Below, in pieces: positions 51,497-64,000 of a stretch of DNA of 64,000 bases. Location of the stretch: positions 101,308,001-101,372,000 of the forward strand of contig OZ024744.1 of NCBI GenBank assembly GCA_964016885.1. The letters are read 5' to 3'. The stretch comes from Eledone cirrhosa. Taxonomy: Eukaryota. Numbering within the stretch: the first letter of the stretch is position 1; each line of letters starts with the position of its first letter. Below the pieces are notes generated by a model. The model searched no databases. It had not been told where the DNA came from and worked only from the letters and a program-made list of their open reading frames with translations. Both the position numbers and the translations under genes were made by a program.

Positions 51497-51530
<34 letters not shown>
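50622..51530. repeat. Compound (ATC)n-(ACC)n-(ATC)n low-complexity tract with recurring CCATCGCCGCTACCACCATCACCTCC anchor
   Basis: Direct reading; stop-free in many frames because of its composition. Confidence 0.92.
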
Positions 51531-51591
51531 ATGTATGTATGCGTGTGTATGTATGTGTGTGTGCATATGTGTATGTGTGCATGTGTGAGTC

Positions 51592-51628
<37 letters not shown>

Positions 51629-51649
51629 TCAAACACAGGAAGCGGGTAC

Positions 51650-51878
51650 CACCCTGGCCAAAACCATTTATGTCTGTATGAAAAAAAATCGACCCATTTT
51701 AAAGGATTCCTATTTTCATAAAAAAAAAAAAAAAAAAAAAATTATGAACTTATATGAGAACTATATGTTAAGTAAATGACTTAGCAATGAAATAATAAAT
51801 TTAGTAAATCCCTCAAAATTCTTTATTAATTAATTTAACAGAGTTTATTTCATTCTAAATATGGTTGTGAAAGGGTTA
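51650..51878 (+). mobile_element. Second TTAA-type MITE family remnant (related to ~13170-13400)
   Basis: Shared CCCATTTTAAAGG.TTCCTATTT and CCCTCAAAAT blocks; ends GAAAGGGTTAA. Confidence 0.5.
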
Positions 51879-53009
51879 AGAAGTTTACATGGCACTTAAA
51901 GAAGTCCTGGGTTTGATTCCACAGTTGTTAAGCTGATCTTTTACCTGAATATTGCATAATAGTTAGAAATATCTGTGGAATACTCAGCCTTTTACACAGT
52001 AATTCAATGAGTCAGTATTTTAGTAGTTTAAACGACTGAGACGCTCATTGTCGAATCAACAGAGATTCATGTATTTTATATATAAATCTTTGTGTAGTAA
52101 CTAAATCTGTTGAACTTTAGTTTCACAATGAGAGAGGGATAGCAAAATCTTTTCTTAAATTAACAACAGTAGAAATGTAATGCAGCAGAGAGTTGTTCTT
52201 CAAATTTTCAAATTCAAATTTTTTTGAAATTGAGAATTTATGTGTGAGAAAACACACAGAAAAGGGTTATTAGAAAGAAGATTCAATGTAGTTTGTGAAT
52301 GTGTGTCTCTCTCTATATATCAACTGTATGTATGTGTGCCTACATATATCAATCAGAGTTTATAAAGTATCTACATATATTTATCAGTGTGTATGTTTCA
52401 AATTAAAGTTGATTTATTTATGCAATACCTTTCTGAAAATTTCACTAGTTTTCATGTTATAACCTTAACTACATGAATATCAAAGAAATAGTTTTAAGTT
52501 ATATCCCTGTACTTTGGTTTAATAAATTTATTTAAATCTTCAATAGCTTTAATTATTGTGTAAATTTTTTTTTTTAAGTTAAAAGCTGGAACTATAAATT
52601 TATTCAATTATTGTTTATTGGAAATTATTTCTCAAATCATATTTTTTGTTTAAACATATTCTAAACTTCAAAATTTAAACATTAATATATATATATATAT
52701 AATTATTATTAACATTACTTCTACTACTACTTCTACTGGAAGACAAATGGTACATAAAACATATTTAAATATATTTTAAACTTCAAAATTTAAATATTAA
52801 TGTTCTATGAATATGAAAACAGATTCTACATAAAAGTGTTCAAATTCATTTGAAATAGAATAGAAATAATTATTAAACATATTTAAAGTTTTATTTGTTT
52901 AATTCTATTCTATTTCTGGTAATAAGGGCTTTTTGCATTTTTTTTTAAAGACTTCATGGGTGTTGTGATGAATTAGGATTTTCCTTATTGGAAATTGAAA
53001 TTTGGATAG

Positions 53010-53139
53010 TAATCTTGTTCCATCAACAAATTAATGGTACTGTAATACTGTAACAGATCAACTAATTAGGTCTTTAGACCTAATTAGTTGATCTGTTATA
53101 GTATTACAGTATCATTAATTTGTTGATGGAACAAGATTA
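53010..53139. repeat. Near-perfect 64-bp inverted repeat (hairpin, 2-nt loop)
   Basis: TAATCTTGTTCCATCAACAAA...TAGGTCT TT AGACCTA...TTTGTTGATGGAACAAGATTA, 2 mismatches. Confidence 0.95.
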
Positions 53140-53378
53140 AAATTCTACCTAAAATTGTATAATATAATTACTACTAAGAATAATGCTTTAAAAAGCAACA
53201 ACACTATTAGAATGAGGTATTTAGATTAAAAATCTTTATTTAAATTTAATTATTGTTCTAATAAATGAATATTTAGATGTTTGTATTTGTTTATTTTAAA
53301 GAATACGAATTTAGAAGACATTTCATTATATGTTTCACCATTAATTTAATTTTTAAATTTTAATACATATATACATAC

Positions 53379-53494
<116 letters not shown>

Positions 53495-54623
53495 TTCAAG
53501 TTTTATTTTAGAACTAACTAAAAATCATAATTTTAAGAAAGTAAATCTTATATATCCTTTAAGAAGTCAATTTGATTTCTTTTTCCTATTGTTAGTTTAT
53601 ATTTTAAACATTGAAAAGCAGTTAGTTGTAAGGTTACATAATATATATACTTTTTTAAATCTTTACTTTATCAGATATTAAGTTATAACAGAAAGAATTA
53701 AGTATTTCATAAATGGAATTGTTTGGATTAGAAACTGATATATGAATTTAAACATCTATTTTTATATAGAATATATTACTACATTTACTATAATTTTCAA
53801 TATAACTCAACTCAATTAGTCAATGGTATACCGAATTAGAGACATACTATAATACAATATTATTATTTCTCAGCCATTTTCATTCAATAATCTTCTGGAT
53901 ATAGCCTTAATAAATATTATATCCAGAATATGAGTAGACTATAATGATATTTGATACTATAAAATTAGTTTTAACTGTACTACATCAAATTGAGCTTAGT
54001 TAGTTAATACATCATTTATAAGAAGAAAAAACTGCTTTCATTTTAAAATTTGCTGATTAAAATAGAAAATATATGAAAACTATGTATTTAAAAAAATTAA
54101 TTATGTACACTATAGAGTATTAAGAAAGGTTGAAACAAAATGATTGAATGGTGAGATTTCAATTGTCAGTTGAAGTCTTATCATTTATCTTTTATTGCTT
54201 ACACAAGTTATAAATCTAACCTTCTATTATATTCCGTTACACCATAGAACTGTTGAGCAATAAAGTAAATAAATTATGAGAATATTTCATGAGTTAAATG
54301 TTTTGGAATGTAAAAAAGGTTATATATATTTTTTCATTTCAAAATCCATTTTTTTTTTACTCTAACCATTATTTTAGGCGACATATCTATCTGAATTTTC
54401 AAGTATAATACCTAAAGGAAAATAATAAAATGAAATTATTACATTCAGTTAATATAATAATTGATAATATTAAATAAAGCATATTGGAGAAGGTAAATAA
54501 AAGGAAATTTAGATAATATTGAAAATAAGGTTATACCGACCTACTTAATTAATTAAGAGTTAGGCAAATTAGGATTCCATTTAGAATTGATTAAACATCA
54601 TACGATCCTCTGACTACCCCCCC

Positions 54624-54720
<97 letters not shown>

Positions 54721-56141
54721 AATATATTGCCAATTTGCTAATATCAATATATAGGTTATTGTAACCTAAAAATCTTGAATGCCTTTTTTTGTCTTCAAAA
54801 TATATTTCATAGTTAATTTCAAAATGATTTAGAATTTTTATCTTCTTAAAGCTATTGAGAATATGTTTTTCTTGTTGTTTCAAACATCTTTTTACAATAT
54901 TCAACTCTATATAGAATTTGATATCTTTTTATTGTTGTAATTTAACCAGCAATTGTTAATCTCTTCCAGGATGGTCTTTCACTTAGTCAACTGAATTACT
55001 CTTTAGCATGCCATAGTTAATATATATATGTGACACTTAGTATACATATATATATTTATATATATATGTGATTTTATTCAGTTAACTGTCATTTGATTTA
55101 TTAATTGATTAAAGATAATCATAATGCTATGTGGATTGTCAGAATTGTTAGAGCATGAGACAGTTTCTGCGTCTGAACCTGTTCCTTTTAGTTAAAGCTC
55201 TTTAAGTTCTCAATACAAATCGCATAAAGATCAAAGTCACCTTTCCTATATTCAGGGTCAATGAAATATAATACCATTCAAATACTTGGGTTGATTTAAA
55301 TCATGCTAAATGAGAATGGAATTAAAATAGAAAAGGTTAATTCTAGATAAAAATAAACTTCTAGCAGTAATAATATATCATGAATAGACCAACATAATCT
55401 AAATGTGTTCAAGAGAAGAGATTGATTCATAAGTTCTATTCAAACATACTTGCAGTTTTTAACTAGATGTTTCATAAGTATTCAATACAGTTTACTAATT
55501 TTTCTAAAGCTGTAATACTTATAATTTGATTTACATAAAAATTATGTTAGACATTAAAAGCACCAATTTAAGAGAAAACAAATCAGCAATAGACTTTGGA
55601 GTTTCAGTATTTTCTGCTTCCAATTGGTTCATATAATATCTAATGTAATTTTATTTTGAGTTTTTTATGAATTAATTAATATACTCAAACATATAAATAA
55701 GCATCTTTGTGTGCGGAAGACAAAAATATATCCATTAAAAAAATTAACTAATTTAAATAACAGAAACTTATTTTACTAAAAGAACAAAATATTGTGTATT
55801 CCGTATATGACTTATCCAAAATGCAACAATTATTATTAGAACAACTTATTTAAAATACTGTAAATATTAATTAGTTAAATTTTATGTTAGAACAATATTC
55901 TTGGTTGTTTTTCTGTAAAGAAACATTGAGTAAATGTGAAATGAAGGGGAGACATAGAAGGTAACAGTAATTGATAAGGACATAGGTTGTGGTGAAAAGA
56001 CTTCTTTAATAAATAATTCATTAATAATATGATTAACTAACTGAATGGTGGATTAATAATGAAACTAATGTGAAAAGCAACTGTTGCATGTTTTGATTGG
56101 CAATATGGCCCTTCCATTACATAACAATGTATGCATGCGTT

Positions 56142-56172
<31 letters not shown>

Positions 56173-58496
56173 CGCACACACCAGTTGATTATAACATCAG
56201 TTTTGTTATTAAGCGAGTGATTAATCAACCTATCAATCAACTGGTTAATGAATGAATGAATAAATTAATTGTCATATACATACAGACATACACATACGTG
56301 TATATACCCATCCTAACATATAACCTTGGATCAAATCATTTGCCAAATAAATAAAACTGCATTAGATTTATGAAGTTGAATTTTACAATGACGTGATTAA
56401 AAATAGAAATTCCATTCCCATCCAATAGTATTTTATTTAAGCACTTAATAATTTTATAAATGAAATAAAATAAATATTAAAAAAATTTTTTTTTCAATCT
56501 GAAACTGATTATCTATATATAGAATATTTCCAAATTAATTTATTTAGATAATTTGAAATAGTTTCTTAATATTAATTAAGCATTAACGTCATGAAATAAT
56601 ATGCATATATTATTTTTACACATAATGTTTAAATTATTTTTTCTTTTATCTTAGTAAATAAGTTTCTGTGCAATATATTGCCTAATAAATAATGATCTTT
56701 TTTAGTTAATTTTAGGCTGTGTTGCTTTTAAGTTTACATTTGTTTATTTGAAACATCAAATATGACTTTTCTCCAAAATGGTTATATATTGCTTCTTCCT
56801 TTTTTGGTTTTAAACTAAAAAAATACTAATCTTATTTTATATGACTTTGGAGTAGTTTTCATTTTAATTGTTGCTGCTAGAAGATTTGACATTAATATCA
56901 AATTTTATTTAGTTACTGAAAGAACTTTATATTCTCCTTTCCAAAATGTTTTTTGGGAAAATTTGTTTGGATTCTTTGCCTAATTCTTTTTTTTTGTTAA
57001 TGAAAGAAAAAATATTATTTTGGCACCCATTCTAGGAGTTTATTATGTAAATAGAATCTTGGAAAGAATTCTTTGAAAAACTAAGAAATCCTAAAAAAGA
57101 ATTTAATGATGTATATATTTGATAGATGCTTTTTCTCTGCCTTGCTGTCTCCAACAACACACTTTTATATTTATAGTCCAAATGAAATATTTTAAATTTA
57201 ACAATATTTTAAATTTAGATTTCTACTTAAAATTTACAGAAATATATCTCTAAGTTCGTAATAAAACTAAACAAACTCTGTTTAATAAAATATAGCATAA
57301 ATTCCTTAGCCAGTTTGGAAACTTAAGACATAAAATAAGGAAGGAAATAAACTTTGCCACTTCTGTTATAATTTAATCAATTTTAAATAATATTTTATTT
57401 TGTTTTAAACTGTAATTTTATAAGATCATCTCTGATAATATTTTTCTTTGTTGTTGTTTTAAAAACTACAACATAATTTGTTGCTCAAACATCGTATAAA
57501 CCTTTTTATAAGATATCTTGAGACCAAATAAATATATTGATTATTTGCTAGTAGTTTTACAATTAAAGCTTATATTAAACAAAAAGGATACTCAGAAACA
57601 GGCAATAGAGAATGAATGTTGAGCGTTATGAACCATATAAAACATCTAGATTAAAGTTTAATTAAGTTATAACACACATATTTATATATATAGTGATTTC
57701 TACCACCCACCCCCGAACATACGTAGTAATACCTTTATATAAATTAAACTGTCTTTTGACAGTTAATAAACAAACAATTTGAAGTATTTATTTGTTTAAT
57801 TTACGGTATCTAAACAATTTGAAGTATTTATTTGTTTATAAAATGCCATAGTTCTATAGTAACCTTTATTCAGCAGAAAACGAAAAGAAAGAGCGTGTTG
57901 ATAAATAGGTTACGGCAACCTATTATTTATATTTAAGTAAATTGTAGAGTAATTTAAAACGTGGAAATAGATAGTCTATGGCTTTCTTTAAAAATACGTG
58001 CTTCTTTCAGCTTCGATTTCTAAAAAACAAGCAACAAATCTTCATCTTCAGATATGTACATTTATTAAGAATGTTTCCAACCGTCTGGCATTTCTAAGAA
58101 TTTCTATTGAACATTTCAAATAAGCATATATCAAAATAGATTTTGAATTAAAAAAAGAATGTATGTTCAATAATTAAGATTACTGATTTCTTACATTAGG
58201 AGAAGACGTTAAATTACAGAAAAGAGAAATAAAATAATGGAAACTGAAAAAATTACAAAAAACAAAAACCCTTTGAGGCATTTACCAATGAAAGCAACAG
58301 CAGAAATGAACAACTTAAGAAATGCAAAATCGTCCTGTAATTTCCCTTAATATTAATTTCTTTAGAGTTTTAATTGCAGAAATAGAAAGTTAATAGCTTT
58401 GGGTAGTGAGTTTAAATAATGTTAGTGGTTAGTATGTACACACATACACACACATACACACATATATATATATATATTATATATATATATTATATA

Positions 58497-58582
<86 letters not shown>

Positions 58583-58649
58583 ATACACACCGAAACACAT
58601 ACACGTGTCAACTAACTCGAATGAAAATGTGGAGAATATCTAGCAGAAA

Positions 58650-60110
58650 TTCTAGGAAAATTGGTGCGAAAAATTAGCATAAATTGCAATAGATATTTTA
58701 TAATTTTTGGCTACCCTTGAGTATGTTTGTATATTACTGTATATATTCATGTATTATATATACTTTTACTTGAGATTTTGAAACCTTAAAATTATGGATT
58801 TGTACTTTACACCAGAACTAACTTGATGCATAAGCTATTGCAGACATTGTGATTTCTATATATATAAAAAAAAAATGACAACTACTTCAGCACCAACCCA
58901 TAGTATTTTCTTTGGTAGTATTAGAGTGATAAATTATAAATAAAACCTTGTCAACTTTAGGCAAATACTTTTAATGTTTCTTCATCATCTGACACTAACA
59001 AAGTTTGTAAATAATTCCTTAAAACATCAATTCTATCTATGATATTTTGCATCACAATCATTCATACTTGATGCTTCATTTGCATTATCTAGACATTCAG
59101 AAACTACCAGCTGAAACATTGTGGTGTATTATAACATCTGGCAACATTTGATAGTCTAGAAAGTCATTGTGAAGTTTCTTTTTTCAACTTCAAAATTGAA
59201 CAAAAATTGTATCTTAGAAAACTGAGCTTTCAAACTTTCTGTAAAAAATTAAAGGATGCATTCCTGATGAACTCACTCTTGGGTAGTATTTTAAGAGAGT
59301 TCTTACAGCATTTAGGTAAAATATTAATATATAGCTTTGAAAAAACTTGTATTTACTAAAATCTGAAATATTTTCTTCATTGTGGATTTAGTTATAATTC
59401 CAATAAAGACATCTATACAACTGAGATGGTTTACTTTATCTTTTACATCATCATCTTTCAAGCAAGACATTTTATTTAGAATGGCATCTAATTTTATAAA
59501 TTTAGCCAACAGTTTCTTAAGAAAAGAATGTAAATTCACTGTCTAGCAGTGAATGAAAAGGTTGGTTTTCTCTTCATAAAAACAAGTTAAAATTGATGGA
59601 AGATGACAGAACAACCAGATAAAATAGCAGATATAATTTTAACATAGGGTTTTAAATGGCTGCTTTCAAACAAATAAACCTGGAACAATTATCATAAGAA
59701 ATAGAAAAAACCCCCTCTGTACTGCATCAAAAAGTAGAAGAAACCTATTAATTCACATTTCTAGACATTGCCATATTTCTTACACATTCCTTAAAACTGT
59801 TCTATAATTTCTTTAAAAAAAGCAACAAAACTCTTCTAACTGCTCTTTTCAAAAGATTTCTAGTTCAAAACCACATACAACTTTAGATTTGACTGAAGCA
59901 AAAGAAGCACAATGTCACGTACAAAATGATGAAGGCATCCCATGAAAAAAAAAGCACAGATTATATAGTGAATTCTTGGGGTGGTTAAATTTTATTGTCC
60001 CATGTTTATGCTGCAATTGTCTACTCTCAAACCATCATAGTTGACCCATAGTATTTACACACTTATAGTATCTTGGATTTTCTTATGTATCATTTCTATT
60101 GTAGTATACA
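58650..60110 (-). mobile_element. Probable decayed DNA-transposon (hAT-like) coding remnant
   Basis: Fragmented minus-strand frames (LHSFLKKLLAKFIK...VFIG) of transposase-like composition; no intact catalytic motif seen. Confidence 0.3.
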
Positions 60111-61061
60111 TATCAGTTGTAGTAGACATATTAAGGAACTTTTTTGAATTGTCCTTTGGATGTCCCAGATATTGATGAAAAGACAAACCCAAAAGGTAGA
60201 AATGAGAAAGGTTAAAACTTGCATAAGATCTTGACTTAATGTTGATAGAAAATGTTTTTAATGGATTGATTTTATGTTAGTCTACATGAAATGTTTGATA
60301 AAATTAAAAAAATTTATTTAGAATATTGAATTTTTGTGAGCTTTGATTAAAATTTGTATATTTTCTATCAATAACATATTTTACATATCTATTAAAAACT
60401 GATTTAATATATAACGTTAGCTTGAGTTTTTATTTTTTGCATAATTTAGGAATCCCCCAATTTGTTGCCAGTTGAAATATTTTAATAGATGATTTGATAA
60501 ATTTATATAGAAGATAAAGTATAAGATTTTTAGAGTAATAAATTACGTTGGTGGTAAAATTGTGAGTTTTTATTAGGTAACATTAGTAAGTACTGTTGTG
60601 ATTTAAAATTCTTCAAAAGTTATCAGATTTTTGTTGAATGTGGGTAAATATCTGTGTATAATATTGTTAATATAGAAGCTATGACTATACATCAATATTC
60701 TAGGATAGGAGTCTTTGAGAATGTTCACATTTTGTGATAAAAACAGAGTAAGGAGAAGCATGGGTGTTAAAAGTGATCACTATGAAATGTGTGCATGTTT
60801 GATTTGGATTGACGGAAGGTTTCAAGGAACACAAGTTGGTGTAAAATAAAGTACCAGTAATGTACTGGATGATTGCTGGCTTTGTGCCAAAAGTAGAAAC
60901 AATTATTGTGAGTTTAGTTTAGTTATATTTTTAATTAAGTCTGTCAATTTGCAGAAACACACTGAAACTGAATCCAAGTAATGTGTGTGTGTGTGTGTGT
61001 CTGTGTCCGGGGTTCAATCGGGGGTAACCACAGTAAATAAGGTAGTCAATACATAGCAGAG

Positions 61062-61155
61062 TATAAATATTTAATATAGAAATGGCTTCTACAGGACTCC
61101 CTCGAATGAAAAAGTTCTAGTCCTGTAGAAGTCATTTCTATATTAAATATATATA
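61062..61155. repeat. Hairpin, 32-bp core stem with 20-nt loop
   Basis: ATATTTAATATAGAAATGGCTTCTACAGGACT / AGTCCTGTAGAAGTCATTTCTATATTAAATAT, 1 mismatch. Confidence 0.92.
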
Positions 61156-61527
61156 GATCATCATCATCATCATCATTATCATCATCACCGTTTTATGTCC
61201 ATTTTTCTACACTATCATGGGTTTGACGAGTTGTCCTGTTGTGGGCGATATTAGGTCAGGTAACCATGTCTTGCTCAGAGGACTGATTTTGGTTAGGTTT
61301 CTACAGCTTGATGCCCTTCCTAATGCCACCCTCATTTACAGCGACCACTAGGTGCTTTTTGTCACGACGCCTGCATGACCACTTTACAGTGGGAGGGTGG
61401 GGTGAGGGTGGGTGGTCATACTGTGTTATATATCAGATCTGCCAACCTCTAAAATCCCAAATGGGAAGTACCATGTAAAAAAGTGTCCCAAAACAGGGAG
61501 AAATAAGTCAAAATGGAGAGATTTTAC

Positions 61528-61817
61528 ATAATTGTTTCTACGTTTGGCACAAGGCCAGCAATTACCCCAGTGCATTACTGGTACTTTATGAAAGGTAAAG
61601 TTAACCATGGCAGGATTTGATAAATAATTGTTTCTACTTTTGGCACAAGGCCAGCAATTACCCAGTGCATTACTGGTACTTTATTTTATCGACCCCCCCA
61701 TAAGGATGAAAGGTAAAGTTAACCTCGGCGGGATTTGAACTCAGAATGGCAAGGGCCGTAACTCCATGCGTCAAAGCTTGGCGTCCGACCCTCTACCGAT
61801 ACTGCCAATCCACCGCC
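61528..61817 (-). mobile_element. Meta-like SINE with a tandem partial duplicate of its 3' half
   Basis: AATTGTTTCTAC.TTTGGCACAAGGCCAGCAATTACCC..GTGCATTACTGGTACTTTA occurs twice (61531 and 61626); B box GGGATTTGAACTC. Confidence 0.75.
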
Positions 61818-62270
61818 CTTGAGATTTTACATAATGAAAGCTATAACCATTTTCACAAGAGAAGACATCTCTCACCCACCCCAAAGTGGGTGTGAGATCG
61901 TCTTGTCTAATGGGGAGAGTTGACAGGTCTGATGTATATATATATATTATATTCCACCTGCTTGTGGTGGAACTGATAATGTTGTTAGAACTCAATGTGT
62001 CTTTGGAAAGATGGGTACAATGAGATTAGGTGGTGTGACCAGTAGTTTTTACAGTAGGTGATCAGTGTATAAGGTTCCCTTGAAGAAGAATCCGCCTTGG
62101 TTAGAGAGTCATTTATATATATATGTATGTTCGTGTATAGAACAATGAAGACAAGACAGAAGTCAGAAGTCGGTAGTTAATTAGTTCATTGTTTTACGAT
62201 CGTTTCAGAGGGTCTATTGATCGTGGAAGATCAATATATTGACTAGCATGGTAGTGGTTAGGCTACTACC

Positions 62271-62347
<77 letters not shown>

Positions 62348-62351
<4 letters not shown>

Positions 62352-62597
62352 ATGAAATTATTGTGTACAGTGCTCAGGTGCACTACAACTCATCAAAGGT
62401 GCATGTATAGTACATAGAATAATGTACAAATGTCAGGAAAATGAACAGTGTATGAGTCATGATATAATAATAATAACAATAATGAAATATTGTGTACAGT
62501 GCCCAGGTGCACCACAACTCATCAAAAAAGTCACATGTACAGTACATAGGGCAATGCACAAACATCAGCAAAATGAACAGTGCACGAGTCATGATAC
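62348..62597. repeat. Two imperfect direct copies of a ~120-bp unit
   Basis: AATAATGAAAT.ATTGTGTACAGTGC.CAGGTGCAC.ACAACTCATCAAA...AAAATGAACAGTG...GAGTCATGATA occurs twice. Confidence 0.8.
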
Positions 62598-62674
62598 ACA
62601 CATGTGTGCATGTGTATGGAAGGGGTACATCAGGTGTAGTTTTGGCGTATATATATATATATATATATATATGA

Positions 62675-63000
62675 AGCTTGCATGCTCCGCTGGATGTGTA
62701 ATAGTAACATACATGAACGGCAAAGCATAAACGAACTAAGGAAAAAATTAGAAATAAGAGGGATCAGATGTTGTTTACTCGAGAGAAGGCTACGTTGGTA
62801 TGGTCACGTGATGCGCATGAAAGACAGCTGTATAACAAAGTGCAGGGCAATAAAGATAGACGGTAGCCACGGAGTAGGCAGACCCAGAAAAACCTGGGAC
62901 GACTTGATAAATTCCGACCTCACACACTTACACCTCTCCTAGACAATGTCACTGGACCGAGAGCTTTGGCGGTACTCAGTAATAGAGAAGACCCGCCTTA
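62675..63000 (+). mobile_element. RTE-type LINE, 5'-truncated C-terminal fragment
   Basis: MLRWMC...ERRLRWYGHVMRM...GRPRKTW, a hallmark RTE ORF C-terminus. Confidence 0.85.
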
Positions 63001-63337
63001 CCTAAATACAAAGTAAAACCTACTACAGTCAGTAGGCATCTCTAACAAAATACACCCGTCCATGGATCTCGGGAATTTTACCCGCCTTAGATATATATCA
63101 TCATCAACATTGTTTAACGTCTATCTTCTAGGCTAGCATGGGTTAGATGGGTTTGTCCCATTTGAGGCAAGTTCGGTCAGGTGACCGTGTCTCGCTTGTA
63201 TAGGACTGATTCTGATTGGTTTTCTATGGCTGGATGGCCTTCCTAATGCCAACCTCATTTACAATGTGTGCTAGGTGCTTTTTGTTGTGACACCTACACA
63301 ACCACTTTATAGTGTGGACTGGATGTTTTGTGGTACC

Positions 63338-64000
63338 TGTAGTTAGAAAAAGCTATCTCACTTACCGCTTTTCACAGGCGCCGCTAAATTCCACTGCAGG
63401 TACTCCTCTTCCACGTGCGTCCGACTGCTTAACACCGGGAGCTGCCCAAAACTCGCGTCCACACCGTGTGCTGGTCACCACTAGAGAGAGGCCCTCTCCT
63501 GGCCCTTCCGGTCGAGCATCCTTCCGGTCAAAGACCCCTTCCGGTCGAGCACTCAAAAACCCCTTCCGGTCGAGCACTCAAAAACCCCTTCCGGTCAAGC
63601 ACTCCACCCCGCCTCCGGCCACCGCACGCCACACCATACCCCCCCCCCCCGATTTCAAGGATCAATTTCCCCCTCGTCCCTCTGCATATGAAAGTCTGCT
63701 GTCCAGGTCGGTGGTCTACGACTTCGTTGCGATCTTCGTAGTATTGGGGCAGGGCTCTGGGTTTCCACCTCATCTTGGGTTTCCTCTTCCTCGGAGTCCG
63801 TCGATACAGTGATTCTTCTTACATCCAGGACATGACGTGGTACCCCGTCCACTGACTCATTGTTCTTTGAATTTACGGCCGTCACCGTTCCCCTTCCCCA
63901 TTGAGATGTGCACCGTGCATCTGGGGGCTTAACCCAGACTTCTTCGCCCACCTGCACGAATGCACTCTCTCTCCCCACTGGCCGTTGTGGTGGCGTGCAC
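63338..64000 (-). mobile_element. Ty3/gypsy-type LTR retrotransposon 3' end: integrase C-terminus (63655-64000), polypurine tract (63639-63650), ~300-bp LTR (63338-63638)
   Basis: VGEEVWVKPP...W.RGTV...RH...LRRSQRSRRPP tail typical of gypsy pol; G12 tract; LTR TATGGT...ACTACA; GC/CpG-rich against the background; abuts a SINE at 63105-63337. Confidence 0.8.

Noticed and set aside
50479-51721. Long Gly-, Pro-, His-, Thr- and Val-rich ORFs suggesting a structural protein
   Set aside because: Open in five frames because of trinucleotide composition; starts fall in (CA)n microsatellite; no exon signals
63312-63812. Plus-strand 166-aa Pro/Ser/Arg-rich ORF
   Set aside because: Antisense to the GC-rich LTR and pol tail; no recognisable domain

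Overview
AT-rich eukaryotic (metazoan) genomic DNA. The (TA)n/(CA)n microsatellites and tRNA-derived SINEs with (ATG)n tails point to an octopod cephalopod (inference). Positions ~810-25632 hold, on the minus strand, the first 15 coding exons of a CREB-binding protein/p300 (CBP, KAT3) gene: NLS/NRID, TAZ1, KIX, Q/P-rich linker, bromodomain and start of the RING. All junctions are GT-AG and phase-compatible, and the gene continues past the left edge. A CpG-richer promoter/5'UTR region lies at ~25.6-26.9 kb. From ~27 kb to 64 kb I see no convincing host protein-coding gene, only SINEs, piggyBac-type MITEs, decayed LINE/DNA-transposon pieces, a gypsy-type LTR element at the right edge, several tandem arrays (34, 48, 46 and ~111 bp units) and long hairpins. 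No CRISPR array, rRNA or true tRNA is present. The best leads are a uORF chain in the CBP leader, an expanded SUMO-motif cluster, a possible divergent spliced transcript, SINE-born minisatellites and hairpins whose mismatches are G:U-biased. These are hypotheses, not an established new system.
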